Of a DNA stretch of 64,000 nt, positions 28,153-36,795 are shown piece after piece. Location: NCBI GenBank assembly GCA_000320545.1, contig ADNK01000149.1:1-64000 (forward strand), in the 5' to 3' direction. The translations under genes and the position numbers were made by a program. The notes under the pieces were generated by a model. The model saw nothing but the letters and a program-made list of their open reading frames with translations, was not told the DNA's origin and ran no database searches. Source of the stretch: Bigelowiella natans CCMP2755. Lineage: Eukaryota > Protista > Cercozoa. Every line of letters begins with the position of its first letter. The stretch's first letter is position 1.

Positions 28153-28845
28153 CTACGTTGCAGCTGCAGCTGCTACAACTCTCCAAAGCATGTACCACAC
28201 ACAGAAATACGCAGGGATGGTGCTAACAAAGAGGAGCAGACCTCCGACATAAAATACAATGGGATATATTGCACGAAACAGTATCCAGAGCCATCCATAC
28301 AAGGTTGCTGTTTTGATGTCAACAAAGATGGCACACATCCAAATTGCTAGCAGGAATGCTGGTGTCTGCTCAAGGTAATTCCCAACGGTTCTGCACACAG
28401 TCAAATTTAGATGACACACGTTAGAAGATAATCCGGCGATTTAATTTGGCTTTCTACCTGTTCGCACAAAGATTTAGTTTGGAACCCCTCCCTTCATATT
28501 TTACTTGACGAAAAGATGGGGCATTCGAGTCTCCGTCTTTCTTCTTCGCTTCTTTCTTATATTTTTGGTAAATGTGGAATGTGCAATATGACTGGAAAAA
28601 TAGGAAAACGTAGAGAAGAGCTGCCCAACCGCATGTCGTTAACGCTGATATTGGCGATCATAGATCGATGTAAGCGTGAATGGGAGAAAAGAGGGGATCA
28701 TTAGACTACCAACGGGGAGGAACTGCTTTACACCATCAGAGCCTTCGTGTGTCGATAACCAATATTTCGAAAGCGAGATCCAGAGGGTCGTGCCGAGGGA
28801 AATGAGGGCCGCAATGAGGCCAGAGAGCGGCGCGTAGATCATCAT
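28153..28845 (-). CDS. MAPEG-family membrane protein (microsomal GST/eicosanoid-metabolism type)
   Basis: TM LLYVFLFFQS, KEAKKK..PSFRQVKYEG, then RTVGNYLEQTPAFLLAIW...ATLYGWLWILFRAIYPIVF (the MAPEG R..N..E....F and R..Y motifs). Confidence 0.8.
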
Positions 28846-29149
28846 TTGCGATTTAGGGTAGGGGATGACGTGTTCGGAAGCCAGAAACCACGAGCCGATG
28901 CAAACATTGCAACAACAAACTTTTTGTGTTAAACGCAGGATGATAAACCTCTGCGACAACAATGTTTTGTTGGCGCAACAGGCACTCAGCACTGCTAGAC
29001 CACATCTATCGCTGGACGTGCATTGCATGTGCGCTCCTTTCGTGGCACGGCGTTCGCATGCATGTGCAGGCTGCACACTCTCCGTTTTTCACACATCACG
29101 CGTGTAAGCAAGGCTCTCATTCAAGTTCAGAATCGAAGTGTGCAGCAAT

Positions 29150-29193
29150 TGCCTTGCATTCCAGACATTCTGGAATGTCTGGAATGCAAGGCA
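29150..29193. repeat. Perfect 21-bp inverted repeat with 2-nt spacer
   Basis: TGCCTTGCATTCCAGACATTC-TG-GAATGTCTGGAATGCAAGGCA. Confidence 0.95.
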
Positions 29194-29206
29194 GTTGCAT
29201 GCAGCA

Positions 29207-29532
29207 TGTAGCGCGTACCACTACGCGGGCACAAGTCACGTGCGACAACAAAGGGGTTGTCGCGGATATAGAATATAGATAACGTAGATATTAATACAGC
29301 ATAGGCACGTGGGTTCCGGCGGGACTCATGGCAGCACACCGGAAGTGTGCTGCCCCACGTGCGGCGGCATTCGCGAAAGCTTCGCGAATGATTACGCAGT
29401 GCACGATTTAATAAAAATATAATCTTTAATAAAAATAAACACAACTCTTCAAAAGGAAGCAAACGTGCCTTTCCCCCCCCCTGCCTACTTGTGCACGTAG
29501 CGCCTCGGCCTGTGAACACCTTACGCGCAACA
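29207..29532 (+). repeat. 5' LTR (326 bp)
   Basis: Starts TGTAGCGCGTA and ends TACGCGCAACA (11-bp terminal inverted repeat, 1 mismatch); duplicated TTTAATAAAAATA containing AATAAA. Confidence 0.98.
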
Positions 29533-29537
29533 ACCTT

Positions 29538-29555
29538 TGGCTTCCACACACGGGA
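29538..29555 (+). promoter_or_regulatory. Putative primer-binding site TGGCTTCCACACACGGGA
   Basis: Begins TGG (complement of tRNA CCA) 5 nt after the 5' LTR; reverse complement TCCCGTGTGTGGAAGCCA has the shape of a tRNA 3' end. Confidence 0.6.
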
Positions 29556-29571
29556 AACGATTTGACTAACA

Positions 29572-32500
29572 ATGTCACAGCAGCTAGAAGAACAGCAGGA
29601 CTTTGGCTCGCAGGCCGTGCAAGGGCACGAGCAGAAACAGGAAAGGAAGGGCGATACGGACGCTAAGGAAGGAGGAGGAACACCTCCACAGGCACCGCCG
29701 GGACCAGCACCCGGGATTAAGAAAGCAGATGCAGCAGCAGAGGCACTGGAGAACTTCTACGAGGCGGACGACGAGGACGTGGCCGCCGAAAGCAAGAAGG
29801 TCGTAATGGCATTACGAGCCTTGCGACCCAGGGCGAGCAACTACGCCAAACTGAAAGTATCGATAGAATACAAGTATCAGACACATGATGTTTGGGCAGC
29901 TATCATGCAGGACATCATGGATTACGAAGCAGACTTACCTCCAGAGTGGGCAGCTTTGTTTAGGAACGACGGGGGTCTGGGCGCCTCGCGGGGGACGACC
30001 CAGAGCACCGTCAAGCAGCAGCAGCCGGTACAGCGGAACACCCAGTTCATGTCTGTTAAAACAGCACCGGTTATGATAACGAAATACAACGGGAAAAGAG
30101 GTGAGGCAAGGAGGTGGTGGAAGAACGCTAGGAGTATACTCTGCGACTTTACCCCTAACCCCACCGAAAACGACAAGCTCAAATGGCTAGCTATAATAAA
30201 GCAAGCCATGGACCTTTACGAGACAGGCAGGACCCGGATCAGGCAGCTAGAGAAAATACACACTACAGTTAGTGGGCTACGAGACGTTGAGGCGATAATG
30301 AAGGCTTTTGTAAATGAACAGGATGCTAACTCCCTACCCCAGGCTATTAGAAAATACAGAGCAATGATGCAGCATGAGAGAGAACCTGTTAGAGACTTTG
30401 CCACGCGCTTCCAGGATATGATCGACGAACTACATGATTTTAATTACAACACAGGTGATGATCAGGCAAGGTTTGAAGAGTTCAAGTTAAAGATAAAGGA
30501 ATCCACTTACGTTACGGAGAAAGGCTACACCACGATGGAGGCAGCAGTGCAGGCTATATCCCTACGCGAGCAGGAGCAGGACCGCAAGTTTACCAGCCCT
30601 AAGGTACCTGGCATAGGAAACATTAACGCTATTAAGCCGCAGCGAGACTGGTACAAGGACAGGGAAGGTAACCGACGTTGCGGATACTGCTCACGTAAAG
30701 GGAAACACACCGCTAAAGACTGCAGAGACAGGAAAGAAGGACGACCCAGGATGACGATCAGGCAGCTCAACGAACACTACGAGAAGTTAAAGAGAAAGAA
30801 AGGCAGAGGACAAGGATATAACAACAGCAAATGGCAAGGCAGCAACAACGGGAAGAACAATAAATATAAGAACAAAAAGCAGAACAGTATCAATGCTATA
30901 CAGCAGCAGATAAACGGAATATTAGATCACCTTAAGCAGGCGCCGACGAAGACAGCAGTACCAGCAACGCAGGACCAAGACAAGCCCATGACCCTAGACG
31001 ACATAAAGAACTTAGGAGTATGCAACATTAATGACGAAGACGCTAACAGGACTATCAAAGTTGCTATGACCAAGGTTAAAGTTAAAGACAGCTACGGAGA
31101 CTACAAGAAACTACCTGCCCTTTGGGATAGTGGCAGCATGCCGAAGTCCTTCATAAGCCTAAGCACAGTAAGAAGGTTAGGACTATTGGATCAAGTGACT
31201 AAGAAAGAACGTAAATATGCTCAAGCAGACGGAAGCTCTTCCATGAAGACCGTCGGTGAGCTAATGCTAAAGCTACAGATACCTGGCAGCGACGCGGAGA
31301 CCCAAATCAAGACCCGAGTAGCCATGACTTTATCCATGGAACTACTCCTCGGACAGGATGCCCTAGAAAAATTAGGGGGGATCATATCATTCTACAATCA
31401 CAAGATATACTTTGCTAAGTTGCCAAAGAAGTCAGGCAGGACCATCAGCCAGAACATGATACGGCTTGACGAGTGGACCTCTGAGTCAAGCGTTAATGCG
31501 TTAGAGTTTATGGACCTAGCGGACAACAAGCTACCTACACCTACCGAGCTACGGAAGAAGAACCCCGGCAAGACCATCCGACAGATAACGGAGCTACTGG
31601 ACAAGACCCCCCCAGCTGATGATTGGGATATCGACAAAGGCAAAAAGTACATTAATAAAATATTAAACGAGAAGTACTCTGACATCACCAAGCCGACGAC
31701 GAAGCCCTCCAGCAAGCTTACCCCAGTAAAGATCGAGCTAAAGAAGGGATACGAAGAGTGCATCATCAATGACCCAGAACATAGGCGACCGGAAGCGGAC
31801 TGGGAAAAGATAGAGTGGCAGATCAATGAATGGGCAAAGGAAGGGAAGATAGAGCCAAGCAACTCACCATGGAACGTGAGACATGTGCTAGCTAAGAAAC
31901 CTACTTACCCTTTCTTCCGCCTGGCGCACAACTTCATCCGCCACAACCGAGTAATAAAGAGGATCCAGACACCTACACCAAGGATAGATGACGTTATTGA
32001 ACACGTCATAGGATACAAATACTACTCTTCCCTAGATAAAAATGAATCATACATGCAGACACCCATCCACAAAACCTCCCGCCCCATTACCGCGTTCTCC
32101 AGCAGGCACAGGAAGTGGCACTTCGTCGTATTCCCTTACGGCCTAAGCATATCAGGGGATGCGTTCAGTAGTCAGAACTACAGGGCATACACACATGATG
32201 GGATGGCGTCTGTGTTGTGGGTGTTTGTGTTTGTGTATGTGGATGATGACATAATATGTACCAACACAGTCGTCGCTCAGATCTTCCTCCTGGAAAATAT
32301 ATTTATTAGGTTTGCACACTTCGGTTTTACTATTAGACTGCAGAAGTGTACATTCCTAGCTACAAGAATCAAGTGGTGTGGATATTACCTGGAGCAAGGC
32401 CGCATCACCCCAAACCCCGAGAAAGTAGCAGCACTACAGCAAGCCCCTAAACCTAAGAATGCAAAGGAGTTAAAGTCATTCTTGCAGACTGCAGCTTGGA

Positions 32501-34545
32501 TACTACGTAGGTTCTCCCCTACCTACGCTAGGACTGCAGCTGCTTTTACTACTGCTTACCGGAAGGAGAACTCTGTAGGCCTCAGCTTCGCTAAGGTGTG
32601 GGCCAAGGCTGGCCTTGATGCCCACTTCGATAACCTAATAAAGTTATGCAGCAACACCCTATTGAATGCTAAGCTAGACACTACTAGACCAGCTACCCTA
32701 TGGACAGACTGGTCTAAGCTAGGTATGGCTGCTGTACTTACCCAAGACCAGCAGATCATACGGGTGTGGGGCAGGGCCTGCACAGCAGCTGAGGCCAAGT
32801 ACAGCCCTACAAAAGGAGAGTATAAAGCCATGACTGAGGCGCAGAGGAAACTAAGATACTACCTGCTGTCGGTGCCCAGCTTCACCTTAATGACTGACCA
32901 CAAGCCCCTCCTAGGCATCGACCGCAAGCTCGAAGCGCCTAACGATGAGTATGCAGCTATGAGGGCGGACACGGAAGAGTTTAGGGACAAGAGGACAGTG
33001 GTCTACGCACCAGGAGACAAGCAGCTTGCTGACTATTTCAGCAGGCTGTTCGAAAAGAAAGTCCCTACCCAGGTCACCCCTATGGTTAACGCGATTACCT
33101 TCGAGGACGGCGACTTCCTGCCTGAGCCAGAGGAGCTCCAGCACCTTCAAGAACACCTGGATAAATACAAACACAAGCATGAGGTACTTAGTGATAGGAT
33201 ATATGTATACACTAATAATGTTAGGCGTACCTACGTGCCACGGCGGACCAGGGGAGCCCTTCTCTTTACCGCCCATGGACCTGCACACGTAGGAGAAAAC
33301 CATATCACTGCTCTACTCTACCATTACTACTGGCCCTACAAGCTAAAAGAGATAAGGACATACCTGCGTGGCTGCAGGTGCTCCAGCTTGAAGGCGGCAG
33401 GCGTCGCCACCAAGGAGTCCAGCAAGAGCCGTGCATCTAAGAAAATCAAAGCAAGGAACTTCTTAGATATCGTGCAAATTGATGTTTATAAGTACGATGG
33501 CTATCACTACCTTACCTTCGTTGATGTGGCCACTGGAAAGTGCTGGGTTAAAAAGATTATCAAGGTCAACGTTGCTAAGAAGAACAAAGGCTTATATAAG
33601 CAGAGGCTTACTAACTGCTACCGTACCTGGGAGTCTGAGCTCCAGGCTATCCCTGATGAAGTTAGCATAAACAAGATACCAAAGAAGTTACATGTGGATA
33701 ATGAGACCTCTCTTCTACAGCTACCACACCCTAATATTGATGCCTCACCTGTATACTATGCCCAGTCCAACTCCAAGGTAGAGCGACTCCACCGCACCTT
33801 GGCCAACCTAAGCAGGATAAATAGCACCACACCAGACAAGATACAAGGGTTAGTAAACGACACCTTCACGTCTGGGGGAGGTATCAAGGATAAGGAGAGG
33901 GAAGAAGGCGACGACAACGACGACGATACCGAGAGCGAAGACGAGAAGGTCCCGTACGATGGCCGAGTTCTAAAGGAAGGACAGTATGTTAGGGCCAAGG
34001 TAAATCTGAGATCGAGAAATAAACAAGACCCCTTCTGGGGTGGCGTTGCAAAGGTTACCGAGAGGAAGGGGAGGAAGCAGTACTACATCTATGATGGGAA
34101 CAGGGTCACCTTGCGCCACATCAGTCACCTAAAGAATTATGATATCGGTGAGAAGCTCCTAGAGGATGTTAAAGTAAACCCTACTGTGTGGGAGCGAGCA
34201 ATGCCTTGTTTAGGACCCCGACCTAAGTTCGATGTGGAATATGGAAACAATAAGGTCAGGGTGAACGACGATTGGCGCATGAAGATTGTCTATCTAGGCT
34301 ACCCTGGATTACGAAATATGGAGAGGGTAGCTATGAAAATAAAGGACGGAAAATATCAGCTACTCTACCTAGCTGTTCCCGACTTACCCTTTGAGCACTG
34401 GTATAAGGTCCTGGGGGACCTTGATGCAGAGGGCTGGTATGGACACGAACCTAAGGACGAAGGTGAGTTCTGGGTAAGCGACAAAGGAGATAAGGTTAGA
34501 GAGGAATCTATTACCTGGTGGTTGGTGAAGTTCCGAAAGCGATGA
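29572..34545 (+). CDS. gag-pol: Gag-Pol polyprotein, 1657 aa (Gag, zinc knuckle, aspartic protease, RT, RNase H, integrase, C-terminal MTase-like tail)
   Basis: Zinc knuckle CGYCSRKGKHTAKDC 30679-30723; protease LWDSGS (D 31126) and LLLGQD; RT SLDKNESYMQ, PYGL, YVDD 32236-32247, KCTF; RNase H TDWS (D 32707), YSPTKGE, TDHKPL; integrase HGPAH..CRC, QID (33481), VDN (33697), QSNSKVERL (E 33781); Gypsy-type C-terminal GQYV..K..PFW.G....Y.I...RHISHLK.Y. Confidence 0.97.
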   Translation: MSQQLEEQQDFGSQAVQGHEQKQERKGDTDAKEGGGTPPQAPPGPAPGIKKADAAAEALENFYEADDEDVAAESKKVVMALRALRPRASNYAKLKVSIEYKYQTHDVWAAIMQDIMDYEADLPPEWAALFRNDGGLGASRGTTQSTVKQQQPVQRNTQFMSVKTAPVMITKYNGKRGEARRWWKNARSILCDFTPNPTENDKLKWLAIIKQAMDLYETGRTRIRQLEKIHTTVSGLRDVEAIMKAFVNEQDANSLPQAIRKYRAMMQHEREPVRDFATRFQDMIDELHDFNYNTGDDQARFEEFKLKIKESTYVTEKGYTTMEAAVQAISLREQEQDRKFTSPKVPGIGNINAIKPQRDWYKDREGNRRCGYCSRKGKHTAKDCRDRKEGRPRMTIRQLNEHYEKLKRKKGRGQGYNNSKWQGSNNGKNNKYKNKKQNSINAIQQQINGILDHLKQAPTKTAVPATQDQDKPMTLDDIKNLGVCNINDEDANRTIKVAMTKVKVKDSYGDYKKLPALWDSGSMPKSFISLSTVRRLGLLDQVTKKERKYAQADGSSSMKTVGELMLKLQIPGSDAETQIKTRVAMTLSMELLLGQDALEKLGGIISFYNHKIYFAKLPKKSGRTISQNMIRLDEWTSESSVNALEFMDLADNKLPTPTELRKKNPGKTIRQITELLDKTPPADDWDIDKGKKYINKILNEKYSDITKPTTKPSSKLTPVKIELKKGYEECIINDPEHRRPEADWEKIEWQINEWAKEGKIEPSNSPWNVRHVLAKKPTYPFFRLAHNFIRHNRVIKRIQTPTPRIDDVIEHVIGYKYYSSLDKNESYMQTPIHKTSRPITAFSSRHRKWHFVVFPYGLSISGDAFSSQNYRAYTHDGMASVLWVFVFVYVDDDIICTNTVVAQIFLLENIFIRFAHFGFTIRLQKCTFLATRIKWCGYYLEQGRITPNPEKVAALQQAPKPKNAKELKSFLQTAAWILRRFSPTYARTAAAFTTAYRKENSVGLSFAKVWAKAGLDAHFDNLIKLCSNTLLNAKLDTTRPATLWTDWSKLGMAAVLTQDQQIIRVWGRACTAAEAKYSPTKGEYKAMTEAQRKLRYYLLSVPSFTLMTDHKPLLGIDRKLEAPNDEYAAMRADTEEFRDKRTVVYAPGDKQLADYFSRLFEKKVPTQVTPMVNAITFEDGDFLPEPEELQHLQEHLDKYKHKHEVLSDRIYVYTNNVRRTYVPRRTRGALLFTAHGPAHVGENHITALLYHYYWPYKLKEIRTYLRGCRCSSLKAAGVATKESSKSRASKKIKARNFLDIVQIDVYKYDGYHYLTFVDVATGKCWVKKIIKVNVAKKNKGLYKQRLTNCYRTWESELQAIPDEVSINKIPKKLHVDNETSLLQLPHPNIDASPVYYAQSNSKVERLHRTLANLSRINSTTPDKIQGLVNDTFTSGGGIKDKEREEGDDNDDDTESEDEKVPYDGRVLKEGQYVRAKVNLRSRNKQDPFWGGVAKVTERKGRKQYYIYDGNRVTLRHISHLKNYDIGEKLLEDVKVNPTVWERAMPCLGPRPKFDVEYGNNKVRVNDDWRMKIVYLGYPGLRNMERVAMKIKDGKYQLLYLAVPDLPFEHWYKVLGDLDAEGWYGHEPKDEGEFWVSDKGDKVREESITWWLVKFRKR

Positions 34546-34588
34546 AGGTCTAAGGGAATAAGGAAGGAAGGAAGGAGCAACGTGACTT

Positions 34589-34596
34589 GGGGGAGG
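34589..34596 (+). promoter_or_regulatory. Polypurine tract GGGGGAGG
   Basis: Directly abuts the TG of the 3' LTR; a longer purine run AGGAAGGAAGGAAGGAG lies at ~34561-34577. Confidence 0.85.
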
Positions 34597-34922
34597 TGTA
34601 GCGCGTACCACTACGCGGGCACAAGTCACGTGCGACAACAAAGGGGTTGTCGCGGATATAGAATATAGATAACGTAGATATTAATACAGCATAGGCACGT
34701 GGGTTCCGGCGGGACTCATGGCAGCACACCGGAAGTGTGCTGCCCCACGTGCGGCGGCATTCGCGAAAGCTTCGCGAATGATTACGCAGTGCACGATTTA
34801 ATAAAAATATAATCTTTAATAAAAATAAACACAACTCTTCAAAAGGAAGCAAACGTGCCTTTCCCCCCCCCTGCCTACTTGTGCACGTAGCGCCTCGGCC
34901 TGTGAACACCTTACGCGCAACA
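34597..34922 (+). repeat. 3' LTR (326 bp)
   Basis: Identical to 29207-29532 at offset 5390. Confidence 0.98.
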
Positions 34923-34972
34923 AGCATGGCACCATCCTTCTGCACACATCACACCCACACACACACAAACAC

Positions 34973-35019
<47 letters not shown>

Positions 35020-35373
35020 TACGGCGCGCATGCAACAACTACACTAACCTAGCCGACCAGCTAGCGCAGACTAGCAGAGCTTTCGCATCAAAACACATCG
35101 CGTGCATCGTGCGACGCGCAATGATGAAAGTGGAAAGCTGCCAGCTTCGCTTGTTTAGATGACAATTGACATTTTGCATCAGTTCCCCACATCACTAATC
35201 TAGTCGTTCGCATGCGGTACAAGCGTTGACCGCATGTCTTTTGTGTTGACTGTCAGTGCCATTATTTACAAAGTGCTACATGTCCACTTAGCTTCATTGA
35301 ACACGTCTTCGTTGCCGCTCCTGAAGCAATACAAACTGCCATCCCAACCTAACTCTCTCATTTGATTTTTGTT

Positions 35374-36170
35374 TTATTGCTCGACGTCATCGTCGTCGTC
35401 TTCCTCTTCCCCCTCCCTATCTTTCTCCTCCTCTTCCACCTCCTCCTCGTCCTCCTCCTCTACTCCTTGTTCATCATCATACTCGAGGTTATCCTTCTCA
35501 TCATAGCTATAGTCGCTTGCCCCCCCCGCCTCCTGCTGCTCCGCTCCTTTGTCGCAAATGGTTGCGTCGGAATCTGCGTCTTCGTCGTCCTCTTCCTCGT
35601 CTACAATCATATCTTCCTCCTCGTCGTCTTCATCGTCGTCCTCGTCGTCGTCCTCCTCCTCTTCCATATTCCCATCGACTCCAAATTTGAACGACCTCTC
35701 ACGGCGGTCACTGCGATGTAGCTGCCCCTCATCCTCCTCGTTTCCTCCTCTCATTTGACGACCGTTATCGAATTCATATCCGTCGTTGTCGTCATTATCA
35801 TCATCATCATCCTCATCATCATCCATATTCTTACCAGAAGACGAATGCGGATGATCAATGCCATGCTGCTGAGAAGCACCTATCTCTTCCTGCCCCCCTT
35901 TGGACCCTGCAACTACTTCTCCTTCTCCTAACTTGTTCCTCTTCTTTCTACGCTTGAGGACGAGCGTGCGTCGCCAGTTAACAGCCCAATTTTCCGGCCA
36001 ATCTTGCGGCCAATTCAGTGCCTTGAGGTTGTTGGTGTTGTTGTTGTTGTTGAAACAGTAGTAGAAGAAGTCGTAGTCGTCGTCATCGTCGTAACAGATG
36101 GCAAAAAGAGGAGAAGAAGTCGGTAAATCAGTTTGGTATCATCATACGATACAAAGGGGATTGAGAAGAA

Positions 36171-36201
<31 letters not shown>

Positions 36202-36764
36202 CAGAGGGTCGGCAAGAAAGAACGGAAACTTAGCCAGAAAGTATGAATAATGACAACATCTAGTCCTCAGCTCCCCCCTAACCTTCCCTCAACTCCTCGT
36301 CAACCTCACTCTCCCTTTTTCATCCTCCTCCTCCCCCTCCTCTCTTTCTAATCTCCTTTGCTTTGCCGCGCAAGCAGACAAGCAACTAATCTTACCCTTC
36401 CATAGGACAGCTTCAAGGTTTTGGGCATATTTGGATGTTTCCGTAGCAAGTATCTGTCGGGAGAATAAAGAGTTACGATGTGTGTGTGTGTCGTTCTTCG
36501 AGCCACATAGAGAATACAGGCAACATAGTATTAAATACTAACTTAAACGTATTCTGTTTGTGTGTGTGTGTGTGTGATGTACGACAGCTTGTATGACAAG
36601 AGGAAGGGGAGAGAAGGGAGAGGGAGAGGGCTCAGGGTTCATCATCTTCAATCAACCTCGGAGTCTTCATGGTATATTTTGGAGCAAATGAACAGTAAAA
36701 GTGACGAAGCATCACTTTGTTGTCCTGGATGCAAGAAGTAACGATACGTTGGATTACCAATTAT

Positions 36765-36795
<31 letters not shown>

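Larger units (their letters stand above)
29207..34922 (+). mobile_element. Complete Ty3/Gypsy-order LTR retrotransposon (5716 bp)
   Basis: Two 326-bp TG...CA LTRs, identical base-for-base by eye; 4-bp TSD AGCA (29203-29206 and 34923-34926); PBS-like and PPT signals; single ORF with domain order Gag-PR-RT-RH-IN. Confidence 0.98.

Noticed and set aside
28505-28530. Suspected frameshift in MAPEG at a C/G run
   Set aside because: On recount the run is four bases and NAPSFRQVKY is in frame.
29127-29549. Antisense ORFs 29127-29549 and 34550-34945 (identical core KVFTGRGATC...)
   Set aside because: They just read through the two LTR copies; no domain, and starts and stops lie in flanking DNA.
29572-34545. 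Bel/Pao or Copia classification suggested by YVDD
   Set aside because: PR-RT-RH-IN order, a single zinc knuckle, TDH RNase H and the Gypsy-type integrase C-terminus fit Ty3/Gypsy; Copia has integrase before RT.
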